64,000 bases of DNA from an uncultured Gemmatimonadaceae bacterium. GTDB lineage: Bacteria; Gemmatimonadota; Gemmatimonadetes; Gemmatimonadales; Gemmatimonadaceae. Under the pieces are notes generated by a model that was given only the letters and a program-made list of their open reading frames with translations, did not search any database and was not told where the DNA came from. Below are positions 37,848 to 46,330 of this stretch, piece after piece. The first letter of the stretch is position 1; every line of letters starts with the position of its first letter. The stretch lies in NCBI GenBank assembly GCA_963761305.1, contig CAVXGK010000001.1:1056001-1120000 (forward strand), read 5' to 3'. Both the position numbers and the translations under genes were made by a program.

Positions 37848-37880
37848 AAACGAAAGAGGCCGCCAGCTGCGGCGGCCTCT
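37848..37880 (-). terminator. Intrinsic terminator after tRNA-Gln
   Basis: AGAGGCCGCC-N6-GGCGGCCTCT followed by TTCGTTT on the minus strand. Confidence 0.8.
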
Positions 37881-37883
37881 GAG

Positions 37884-37956
37884 TTGCCCCTCCTGGGATC
37901 GAACCAGGACTCTCCTGATCCAGAGTCAGGCGTGTTGCCAGTTACACCAAGGGGCA
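37884..37956 (-). tRNA. tRNA-Gln (CTG), CCA not encoded
   Basis: Cloverleaf TGCCCCT...CCTGA-CTCTGGA-TCAGG...GGTTCGATCC...AGGGGCAA. Confidence 0.96.
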
Positions 37957-37994
37957 AAAAATCGCCGTCTCCTCGCGGAGCGGCGAATGCCTTG

Positions 37995-38023
37995 AGTATA
38001 CTTTACATAGCGCACCCGTTCAA
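37995..38023 (-). promoter_or_regulatory. Sigma70 promoter for tRNA-Gln (TTGAAC-N17-TATACT)
   Basis: Near-consensus boxes with a 17-nt spacer. Confidence 0.75.
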
Positions 38024-38107
38024 CCCTGATGGCGGCTCGACCACCCCTCCACCAGAGTCCGGATCAGCGCACGTCGCACGATCCGTAAACTCAACCTCGG
38101 CCGCCGT

Positions 38108-39505
38108 TTGCCTCATCGCAACCCACCCGTCGGCGTTCGTTGCCGACGACTGCCGGCGTCTCGCGTTTTCGCCGCGTCGTGGGTAGCAATCGGGGTCGTG
38201 ACCGGACTCGCGCTCGCGGCCTGCGCCGACACCTTCCGCGGACTCGGCCCCGCCCCCGCAGTTGCCGAGTCCCATGCCGCCGAGCTGTTCGACGCAATCG
38301 CGGCGCGCTTCACCCGTGTCGAGCTGGCGCCCAAGTACGAGTACGCCCGGCGCCGGCTCGCCGAGACGGCCCTCGTCCCGTCTCGCGTCTTCGACGACAC
38401 GGCGGTCTGGTCGCTCATGCCGTCCACGTCCACGCGTGTCCTGCTCGTCCACGGTGAGATGGACGACAAGACAAGTCGCTATCGACTCGAGACCCGGGCC
38501 GCGCTGACGCCTATCATCAGCGGCGGCGAGACGCGTCACACGATGGAGCTTCGCTCCCTCGAGCCGGACGTGTACCGCTGGGACACGAACGTCGACATGG
38601 CGGTCGGCCCGATCTCGGCCGCCGAAGTGAGCAACTTGGCGGTCGCCCTGTTTCGCGCGCCGGAGGCACGAACCGAAGCGCAGGTGCGTGAGGACTATCG
38701 CGCGGCGTTTCCCAAGACGTCGGCCGTGTTCGGGCGAGGGTTCGCGATCGACTCGCTCCGCGTCGCAGCCGCGGCGGGCGGCGGGACGAGTGTCACGATC
38801 ACCGCGGGCTTCCACGCCGAGACGATGCGGGCGTCGTATCCGGCCCTCGCCGATTACCTCGAGAAGTACTTCGGTCCGGCGAAGTACCACTTTGCGCTCG
38901 CCGACAAGGACGGAACGCCGTTTCTCGACGCGGCCGGGCGTGACCATATCCTCACGCTCCGCTATCGTATCGACGACGGGAAGCTGGTGTCGCTCACCGG
39001 TGCGCCGCGCCCGTGGCCCGATACCCTGCGGCTGACGTCCGACGTGCTGATGAAGGTGAAGGTGTTCAAGGCCGGGTTCCATTCGCTGGTGACCGACTTC
39101 GTGACCTCCAACGTCGGCCACGACCGTGCGTTCACGATCGTCGCCCAGCACGAGCCGCAATGGGACCTCCCGCTCGCCAGCCAGCGGCTGATCCGCACGC
39201 CGCTCCACCGGCCGTTCATTGGACAGGGCTCGCTGTTCCAGCTCTCGGTGCGCGACAGCGCGGGCGGCCAAACGATCTTCTCGCGACGCACGCGATTCGA
39301 CGTTCAGGAGAGCACGATCGCCCGATTCCTCGGCTCGCTCGCCGGGCGCATGATGAGCGACCTCGATGGGACGGTCGAGGCCGAGGAAGATCGGTTTCTG
39401 CGCGACGGGTTCCTGGCGATGCAGGCCGATCTGCGAACGGTCGCGCGCGGCTGGAAGGGGCGCGGCGACGAGGTGGTACAAAAGGGAAACGCCACCAAGC
39501 CCTGA
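38108..39505 (+). CDS. Hypothetical lipoprotein
   Basis: LAAC lipobox; long ORF with normal codon bias; start uncertain. Confidence 0.75.
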   Translation: MPHRNPPVGVRCRRLPASRVFAASWVAIGVVTGLALAACADTFRGLGPAPAVAESHAAELFDAIAARFTRVELAPKYEYARRRLAETALVPSRVFDDTAVWSLMPSTSTRVLLVHGEMDDKTSRYRLETRAALTPIISGGETRHTMELRSLEPDVYRWDTNVDMAVGPISAAEVSNLAVALFRAPEARTEAQVREDYRAAFPKTSAVFGRGFAIDSLRVAAAAGGGTSVTITAGFHAETMRASYPALADYLEKYFGPAKYHFALADKDGTPFLDAAGRDHILTLRYRIDDGKLVSLTGAPRPWPDTLRLTSDVLMKVKVFKAGFHSLVTDFVTSNVGHDRAFTIVAQHEPQWDLPLASQRLIRTPLHRPFIGQGSLFQLSVRDSAGGQTIFSRRTRFDVQESTIARFLGSLAGRMMSDLDGTVEAEEDRFLRDGFLAMQADLRTVARGWKGRGDEVVQKGNATKP

Positions 39506-39674
39506 GTTGGTGGCGCCGCGCCTGCTTGGCGGGGGCTCCTCGGAGTTGCCTCGCTCGCCGTCATTGGAACTCTGCGTCCTACCGATCGGCGGCGGGCATA
39601 TTATCCGAGGGCGAACTTCATGCCCGATTGTCTTACCCTACGTCCAACGTGCAGCGGCGGTTTCATCGCTGCCA

Positions 39675-39747
39675 TGGAGCTGACCGGGATCGAACCGGTG
39701 ACCTCTGCAGTGCGATTGCAGCGCTCTCCCAGCTGAGCTACAGCCCC
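39675..39747 (-). tRNA. tRNA-Ala (CGC), CCA not encoded
   Basis: GGGGCTGTAGCTCAGCTGGGAGAGCG-CTGCA-ATCGCAC-TGCAG...GGTTCGATCC...CAGCTCCA, with G3:U70. Confidence 0.96.
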
Positions 39748-39809
39748 CTTCCGACCTAACCCCATGGAAAAGGCCCCGCAGGTCGCGGGGCCGCCTCCCA
39801 CAAGACCTA

Positions 39810-39838
39810 AAACTAGAAGGCGACTGCGCTTGCGTCAA
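39810..39838 (-). promoter_or_regulatory. Sigma70 promoter for tRNA-Ala (TTGACG-N17-TAGTTT)
   Basis: Near-consensus boxes with a 17-nt spacer. Confidence 0.7.
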
Positions 39839-39953
39839 GTTGACTTGCCGGCGCCGCAGAGGTAACAAAACTGGTGTAAGGCGGTTCCGCTTCATTCGCT
39901 CACGTCTCCCGCTCCCGTTCCACGTCTCCGCACCCCGCCTCCGCTCCCGTCCC

Positions 39954-40916
39954 GTGTTTAATGATCTCCGAGCCGTAGACGTCCTCGCCGCGGCGGACCG
40001 CATCCGACCGCTCATCAAACGAACGCCGCTCGTGCGCAGCGACGCGCTCAGCGCGATCGCCGGCGGCGACGTGTACCTCAAGCTCGAGAACCGGCAGATC
40101 ACCGGCTCGTTCAAGCTGCGCGGCGCGCTCAACGTGCTGGCGACGCTCCCGCTCGACGCTCGCGCGCGCGGTGTGGTCGCGTCGTCGGCCGGCAATCACG
40201 GACTCGGCGTCGCCCACGCCGCCAAGCACTTCGGAACGCACGCGACGATTTTCGTGCCGACCAACGCCCCGCAGGTGAAGCGCGAGGGCATCACCGCGCT
40301 CGGCGCGGCGATCGACACGACGCAGCCGCACTACGACGCGGCGATGGACGCCGCCAAGGCATACGCCGCGCAGCGCGGCGCGACGTACATCAACCCCTGC
40401 CTGGGCGACATGCTGCTCGCCGGCCAGGGGACGGTGGCGCTCGAGATTCTCGGCGAGCTGCCCGATCTCGCGACGCTCGTCGTGAACGTGGGCGGCGGCG
40501 GTCTGCTGGGCGGGTGCGGGACGCTGTTGCGCGCGGTGGCGCCGCACGTACGCATCGCGGCGGCGCAGAGCGTGAACACGGCGGCGATGTCGCGATCGCT
40601 CGCCGCGGGCCGAGTCGTCGAGATCGAGAATCTGCCGACGCTCGCCGACGGCCTCGCGGGCCAGATCGACGAAACCGCGTTGGACATCGGCCAACACGCG
40701 ATCGACGAAATGGTCACGATCGAAGAGCAGGAGATCGGGAAGACGATCTCGTGGCTCTGGTCCACGCACGGCGAGCGTGTCGAAGGCGCCGGGGCATGCG
40801 CCACCGGAGCCGTCCTGCTGCAAAAGCTTCGATCAATCCGGACGCCCGCCGCGATCGTGGTCAGCGGCGGGAACATCGACGACTCCAAACTCGAAGCGGC
40901 ACGACGCCACGCGTAG
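39954..40916 (+). CDS. PLP-dependent threonine/serine dehydratase family protein
   Basis: KLEN.Q.TGSFKLRGA, SAGNHG, GQGT, VGGGGL and SGGNID motifs. Confidence 0.92.
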   Translation: MFNDLRAVDVLAAADRIRPLIKRTPLVRSDALSAIAGGDVYLKLENRQITGSFKLRGALNVLATLPLDARARGVVASSAGNHGLGVAHAAKHFGTHATIFVPTNAPQVKREGITALGAAIDTTQPHYDAAMDAAKAYAAQRGATYINPCLGDMLLAGQGTVALEILGELPDLATLVVNVGGGGLLGGCGTLLRAVAPHVRIAAAQSVNTAAMSRSLAAGRVVEIENLPTLADGLAGQIDETALDIGQHAIDEMVTIEEQEIGKTISWLWSTHGERVEGAGACATGAVLLQKLRSIRTPAAIVVSGGNIDDSKLEAARRHA

Positions 40917-40943
40917 GCGCGCCGTCACCGCTCTGCTGATCGA

Positions 40944-41426
40944 CTAGCGAAACTCGCGGGTCAGCACGCTCGACGCGCGGCGTTCGTTGCCGAGCGACGG
41001 GTTGTTGCGCGAGCCGTGCGTGTCGGCCGTGTTGTTGTCCGAGTGGCCACCGATCGCGACTTCGCGATCGCTTTCCAAACCGCCCGGATGATGCTGGAAG
41101 CGATCGATCGACGAGACGTGCGACGCGTTTCCGGTGTTGCTCCGGTTGCGCGACTGCCCGCGCGCTTCCCCACCACGACGGCCGATGGCCGCCATATGTT
41201 CGCGATTCCGACTCACCGCGACGCCGCCCTTGCGGCCCGCTTCGCGGGCTTCGCCCGAGTCGAATTCGTGGGCTGTGCCCTTGGCATGAGCGGCCTTTCC
41301 GCCCTTGCTCGCGATCTCGCGCTGCTTGCTGCGGTCCATCGATGCGAATCCGCGATTGCTGCGCGTGCGCGTTCCGGACGTGCCTCCGGCCGACGTGCGA
41401 TCGTCACTACCCGGCTTGTTCGGCAT
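40944..41426 (-). CDS. KGG-motif general stress protein
   Basis: RGFASMD..KQREIASKGG and EAREAGRKGG motifs; AGGAGG RBS. Confidence 0.9.
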   Translation of the reverse strand: MPNKPGSDDRTSAGGTSGTRTRSNRGFASMDRSKQREIASKGGKAAHAKGTAHEFDSGEAREAGRKGGVAVSRNREHMAAIGRRGGEARGQSRNRSNTGNASHVSSIDRFQHHPGGLESDREVAIGGHSDNNTADTHGSRNNPSLGNERRASSVLTREFR

Positions 41427-41590
41427 CCTGCTCCTCCTTAGAAGTGGCGTTCCTTGCAGTGCCCCTCTTGCGGCCACCGTCGGCCGTTCAGTGCAAATGC
41501 CTTGCCGCTAGCGGCCCCGGCTTCGTCCTTTTGCGCAAAGGACTCGACGACAGCAAAAAGGGTTCCAGCCCGCGGCTATATTCACCGACC

Positions 41591-42511
41591 ATGTCGTTGA
41601 CCGTCCACCTGCTCGGGACCTCCGCGTCGCGACCCACCGTCGAACGCAACGTCGCCTCACTCGCCGTCCACCGCGAAGGCGAAACGTTGATGTTCGATTG
41701 CGGCGAAGGCACCCAACGTCAGATGATGCGGTACGGCATCTCGTTCGCCCTCCAAGACATCTTCTTTACTCACATGCACGCCGATCACCTGCTCGGCGTC
41801 ATCGGACTGATTCGCACGATGGCCCTTCAGGGTCGGACCGACCCACTCCGACTCTGGGGTCCAAAAGGCACCGCCAGAGTTCTCAAACGCGTGGAGGGAC
41901 TCGGGTTCGAGCGCGCCACGTTTCCCGTCGACATCAACGAACTTGCAGATGGTCAGCACATTGACCGCATGGGTTACGCCATCAGAGCCTTCGCGGTCGA
42001 TCATCGCGGTGCGATGTCCATCGGCTTCGCGATCGTCGAAGAAGAACGCAAAGGACGTTTCAATCCGGACAAAGCGCGCGAGCTAGGAATACCCGAAGGA
42101 CCGCTCTGGGGAAGATTGCATCGCGGCTTATCCATAACATTGGACGATGGTCGTACAGTCGAGTCGTCGGACCTCGTCGGAGCGAAACGGTCAGGCCGAA
42201 CCGTCGTGATCACCGGCGACACGCGACCCTGCGGCGCGACCATCGAAGCGTCGAAGGGCGCGGACCTCCTGGTTCACGAAGCGACGTTCGGTGACGAGGA
42301 GGCCGAGCGCGCGATCGAGACCGGCCACTCCACGGCGCGTGAAGCGGCGCAGATAGCCGGCGAGGCGGGGGTGCGGCGCCTCGTGCTCACACATTTCTCG
42401 GCACGATACTCGAGAGACGCGGCGGAGCTGGAGCAGCAGGCCCGATCGCTGTTTCCCGCGACGGTCATCGGGAAAGACGGAATGGAGATCGACGTCCCAT
42501 TCCGCGAGTGA
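41591..42511 (+). CDS. rnz: Ribonuclease Z
   Basis: LGTSA..P, FDCGEGTQRQ, THMHADH, GP-type exosite, GDTRP, HEATF, GHST and LTHFSARY motifs. Confidence 0.95.
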   Translation: MSLTVHLLGTSASRPTVERNVASLAVHREGETLMFDCGEGTQRQMMRYGISFALQDIFFTHMHADHLLGVIGLIRTMALQGRTDPLRLWGPKGTARVLKRVEGLGFERATFPVDINELADGQHIDRMGYAIRAFAVDHRGAMSIGFAIVEEERKGRFNPDKARELGIPEGPLWGRLHRGLSITLDDGRTVESSDLVGAKRSGRTVVITGDTRPCGATIEASKGADLLVHEATFGDEEAERAIETGHSTAREAAQIAGEAGVRRLVLTHFSARYSRDAAELEQQARSLFPATVIGKDGMEIDVPFRE

Positions 42512-42514
42512 AGG

Positions 42515-42811
42515 TCAGCCGAGCAGCGTGCTTCGGCCCATGATCGGATCCGGTCGCGAGACCTTCATCGACCGCCGGTACAGCCGCGCCAGATCGTCAT
42601 CGGTCAGGGATTCGAGCACTTTCGCGCGCACCAGCCGCGACGTCACGCTCCGCGCTTCGGGCCCGTTGCTGATGTACCACGCGTAGCGATCCGTCTGCCC
42701 GCTCTTCCCGCCGGGGTGGTAGAACAGCACCATCGCGTTGCTCGATCCCGGGAGATCCACGTCGACGATCCAGAGGATGCCGTCGGGGGAGCGCCACGTC
42801 CTTGTGCGCAT
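42515..42811 (-). CDS. Small hypothetical protein
   Basis: 98-aa ORF in a minus-strand gene string. Confidence 0.7.
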   Translation of the reverse strand: MRTRTWRSPDGILWIVDVDLPGSSNAMVLFYHPGGKSGQTDRYAWYISNGPEARSVTSRLVRAKVLESLTDDDLARLYRRSMKVSRPDPIMGRSTLLG

Positions 42812-42868
42812 TTCTGATATTGGTGTTTTTGGATTCTCGCCGCGCGGCGATCGCGCGGGTCGAACGGT

Positions 42869-43270
42869 TCAGACGGCGACGGCGGGTGCGAGCGGCTGAC
42901 GTCCGGCGTAGCCGGCATCGAGCTCGTGCCAGAATTGAACCTGGGGCTCGCCGAGGTGCCAACACAAGAGCACCACGCGTCCGTCGTAGTCGCTGGGAAA
43001 ATCCACCAGGCCGAGTCGCGGATCCTTGAGCTGAATGCCGAGCTCCTCGAGCTCGCGCTGATACCCATCGAGCTCACGGGCGTAGGCCTGGGCCTGACGC
43101 TCGAGCTGGTCGGCGCGATTGCGCGAATCCTCGGCGCGGTTGGTCGACGCGACGAGATCCAGCTCGAGGATCGTCTCACGCCATTTGCGGTGCTGCCGCA
43201 CGACGTCTTCGACGATCTTGCGAACCAATGGGAGGGTTCGATTAGCCTGGTCGACCGTGAACAGTTGCAT
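42869..43270 (-). CDS. DUF2203-family protein
   Basis: FTVDQAN..LP, LKD...GLVDFP, LCW..GE, WH and GYAGRQP motifs. Confidence 0.9.
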   Translation of the reverse strand: MQLFTVDQANRTLPLVRKIVEDVVRQHRKWRETILELDLVASTNRAEDSRNRADQLERQAQAYARELDGYQRELEELGIQLKDPRLGLVDFPSDYDGRVVLLCWHLGEPQVQFWHELDAGYAGRQPLAPAVAV

Positions 43271-43284
43271 GTCTTCCGTTCGTT

Positions 43285-43791
43285 CTACCCGTCCGAGACC
43301 GCGTGTTCGTTCGTGCGCGCTTCCTCTTCCCGTTCTTCCAACCGCCGTCGCCGCCGCTCCTTGGCGGCCGCCCAGCGCCGCTTTTCGTCCGCCGTTTCCG
43401 GGGCGAGGGCCGGCACTTCGATGGGACGACCGTTCCGGTCCACGGCAACGAACGTGAGGTAGCACGAGTTCGTGTGCCGTCGCCGACCCGTCAGCAGGTC
43501 CTCGGCTTCAACGCGGACGCCCACTTCCATCGAGGTTCGCCCAACCCAGTTGACGCTCGCTTTCATTACCAACAGGTCGCCGAGGTGAATTGGTTCGCGA
43601 AAGTCGACGCGGTCGATCGACGCCGTGACGACCGCCGCCCGGCTGTGTCTGAACGCGGCGATCGCCGCCGTCTTGTCCATCATCGAAAGAACCACGCCGC
43701 CGAACACGTGGCCCATGTTGTTCGCGTGCTGCGGCAACATGAGCTCGGAGGATTCGTGCCGGCTTTCGTGTACGGCTTTGGACTGGGTCAT
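43285..43791 (-). CDS. Acyl-CoA thioesterase (hotdog fold)
   Basis: ANNMGHVFGG..L..MD, VTASID, GRTSMEV and FVAVD motifs. Confidence 0.93.
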   Translation of the reverse strand: MTQSKAVHESRHESSELMLPQHANNMGHVFGGVVLSMMDKTAAIAAFRHSRAAVVTASIDRVDFREPIHLGDLLVMKASVNWVGRTSMEVGVRVEAEDLLTGRRRHTNSCYLTFVAVDRNGRPIEVPALAPETADEKRRWAAAKERRRRRLEEREEEARTNEHAVSDG

Positions 43792-44977
43792 GGCGAGCGA
43801 ACTGGAGGTTCCCACCGGCGAGCATGGCAACGTGGGGCGGTTCACCATACATCGACGCCGCGTTGAAGGCGCGCAGGAGAGCCCGGCGGTCGTCCACGCT
43901 GACCGGAGGACGATCGAGCCAGTCCACGCGATGCACCGGCGCTCCGATCGAGGCTAGCGGCCACTCCCGCTTCGTGCTGTCGGCGACCGACAGCTGAGCC
44001 AACCCGCCGCTCGTATCATACCGCGCGATAACGCGATAGCGATCGCCATCCCAGTGGTCGCCGCCGCTCGAATCCGTCGTCGCGCGTGCCGACACCGGAT
44101 CGGGAGACCAGTTGGCGGAATCCGCGGTCACCGGATCGAGCTCGAGACCGTTCCCCTCCGGCCCGTCACCCCGGCCGGTGATGTGGAACGCGATCGCCGG
44201 ACGCCCGCCGACCGACGTGATGGAGAAGCTGCGTTCGTCGAACCCCTCGCGCGCGATCGCCGCGGCGGCGCGACGTTCGTCCGGCCCCAGCGACGACGCC
44301 ACACTCGCCACCGAGTCACGCATCATCGCGTAGACGCGGCGGCCGGCCGCGATGACCCGCGTCGCCTCGGCGGCGCCGAACAGATCGCCGACCGCCGCCG
44401 GTTTGCCCGAACGCAGGTCGACCACACCGCGGCGCGTCGTGTGCCACGGGTTCATGCCGCGGGAGCTGACGTCGAGACGGTACTCATATGAGAGGAACGG
44501 GCCGTAGATGTCGACGATGTCCAACTCGGCCGTCGCCTGTTGGCTCGGATCGCTCTGGCCGTCCTCGTCGGGCGTGAGCGGCTTCTCGTCGGGATGGCCG
44601 CGCGCGTACGCCTCCGCCATGCGAGGCACCACCGTGTCGGCAAAGACGAGCGAACTGTCGCCCGTCAGGAGGTCGCGCCGATAAAGGAATTGCCCGACCA
44701 GCAGCGCATCGTTGAACGAGCGATCGTCGTCGGCGCTGTACACCTCGAACCATCGCCCACCGTAGCGGGCGAGCACCAGCGGCTCGCCGCGCACGCTCGG
44801 GCGTCCCCCCTCCATTGTCGAGACCCAGTACGTCGAGTCGTTGCCGATCACCAGAAACTCGGCGCGCGGCGGCGGATCGCGCAGGGCGTCGGGCTTGGCG
44901 TGCGAGCCGCAGCCGGCCGCTGAGACGAGCGCCGCCGTGACCCAGTGGCGAAGCGCGAGACGGGAGGGTCTGTGCAT
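43508..44977 (-). CDS. Hypothetical lipoprotein whose 3' end overlaps the thioesterase gene by 284 nt
   Basis: AAGC lipobox; long ORF; Arg-rich tail in an alternative frame. Confidence 0.7.
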   Translation of the reverse strand: MHRPSRLALRHWVTAALVSAAGCGSHAKPDALRDPPPRAEFLVIGNDSTYWVSTMEGGRPSVRGEPLVLARYGGRWFEVYSADDDRSFNDALLVGQFLYRRDLLTGDSSLVFADTVVPRMAEAYARGHPDEKPLTPDEDGQSDPSQQATAELDIVDIYGPFLSYEYRLDVSSRGMNPWHTTRRGVVDLRSGKPAAVGDLFGAAEATRVIAAGRRVYAMMRDSVASVASSLGPDERRAAAAIAREGFDERSFSITSVGGRPAIAFHITGRGDGPEGNGLELDPVTADSANWSPDPVSARATTDSSGGDHWDGDRYRVIARYDTSGGLAQLSVADSTKREWPLASIGAPVHRVDWLDRPPVSVDDRRALLRAFNAASMYGEPPHVAMLAGGNLQFARHDPVQSRTRKPARILRAHVAAAREQHGPRVRRRGSFDDGQDGGDRRVQTQPGGGRHGVDRPRRLSRTNSPRRPVGNESERQLGWANLDGSGRPR

Positions 44978-45074
44978 CTTACAGGAGAATATACGGACGG
45001 AGTGCGGGTTCGATCGTCTCGTACGGACTACGGTCGCGCCGTACTCGTCACGATCGCCGGTCAGAGCAATGGAC

Positions 45075-45189
45075 ACGCAGATGCCGCGGATCTGAAAGGC
45101 AATGCCGCAGATGAAAGGCGAAATCTTTGTCGCGACGACCCCATTTTTTCATCTGCGGCAATTGTTTTTTGTGTCTGCGGCATCTGCGT
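45075..45189. repeat. REP-like palindromic element (ACGCAGATGCCGC arms), copy 1
   Basis: Outer arms ACGCAGATGCCGCGGAT / GTCTGCGGCATCTGCGT; inner arms TGCCGCAGATGAAA / TTTCATCTGCGGCA. Confidence 0.88.
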
Positions 45190-45238
45190 TCCCTTTTTTC
45201 AAGCACTGGTAGTGACTCGAAGGCCAACTAGGCCAACC

Positions 45239-46327
45239 ATGAATCCGATTCGTTTCATTCCGGTCTGCGGCATTTTCGCGACGAGCTTCCTCGCGATGGA
45301 GATCCACGCGCAGCAGCCGTCGGGTCCGCCCGTCGTACGCGCGCTCTACGTGAACCGATGGGCCGCGCAGAGCAAGAAGAAGATGGCCAAGCTGATCGCC
45401 ATCGCCGACACGACGGAGATCAACGCGCTCGTCATCGACATGAAAGACGAGTTCGGGCTCAACTACGCGACGAAGAATCCCGACTTCGCCAAGAATGCCG
45501 GCTCGTCCAGCAAGGCGAACGTCGTCGCGCTGCTCGACACGCTCAAGGCGCACAAGATCTTTCCCATCGCGCGCATCGTCGTGTTCAAGGATTCCGTCAC
45601 GGCGCGCGTCCACCCCGAGTGGACCATCCGCAAGACCGACGGCTCGGTGTGGCGCGACAAGAAAGGCCTCGCGTGGGTGAATCCGTACCACCACGAGCTG
45701 TGGGACTACAACATCGGCGTGGCCGAAGAGCTGGTGAAGCTCGGCTTCGGCGAGATTCAGTTCGACTACATCCGATTCCCCGAGCCCTATCCGAGTCTGC
45801 CGAAGCAGGTCTTCCCCGACTCGAAGGACGTCCCGAAACCCGACGCGCTGGCGGCTTACCTCAAGGAGGCGCGGACGCGTCTCAACAAGCTCGGCGCGCG
45901 CTCGACGGCCGACATCTTCGGCCTGGTCACCACGGTGCAGGGACCACTCGAGGTCGGACAGGATTGGGAGAAGCTCGCGCCCAACACCGACGTGCTGCTG
46001 CCGATGGTGTATCCGTCGCACTATCCGCACGGCTCGTTCAACATCCCGTCGCCGAACGCCGAACCATACAAGGTGATCACGACGGCGATCAAGCGGGCGC
46101 GCGAGCGCGATGAGAAGCTCGGCATCAAAGAACAGGAACACGTCCGCCCGTGGCTGCAGGCGTTCACCTTGGGCAAGCCGCCGTACGGCGCCGAACAGCT
46201 GCGCGACGAGAAAAAAGCGGTGTACGACTCCGGGTACCAGGGATGGGTGATGTGGAACCCGGGCTCGAGCTACGACATCTACGTACCGGCGCTCGAGAAG
46301 AAGGCGATCGCGATTCGAAAGAAGTAG
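45239..46327 (+). CDS. Putative glycoside hydrolase (DUF4015-like)
   Basis: INALVIDMKD, IARIVVFKD, EIQFDYIRFP, PMVYPSHY and RPWLQAF motifs. Confidence 0.88.
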   Translation: MNPIRFIPVCGIFATSFLAMEIHAQQPSGPPVVRALYVNRWAAQSKKKMAKLIAIADTTEINALVIDMKDEFGLNYATKNPDFAKNAGSSSKANVVALLDTLKAHKIFPIARIVVFKDSVTARVHPEWTIRKTDGSVWRDKKGLAWVNPYHHELWDYNIGVAEELVKLGFGEIQFDYIRFPEPYPSLPKQVFPDSKDVPKPDALAAYLKEARTRLNKLGARSTADIFGLVTTVQGPLEVGQDWEKLAPNTDVLLPMVYPSHYPHGSFNIPSPNAEPYKVITTAIKRARERDEKLGIKEQEHVRPWLQAFTLGKPPYGAEQLRDEKKAVYDSGYQGWVMWNPGSSYDIYVPALEKKAIAIRKK

Positions 46328-46330
46328 CGG

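Noticed and set aside
25818..37884. Intact prophage or ICE at tRNA-Gln
   Set aside because: No integrase, phage or conjugation genes, and no att duplication seen.
37514..37957. ORFs over the tRNA regions (also 39601-39801)
   Set aside because: They overlap tRNA genes or palindromic non-coding DNA.
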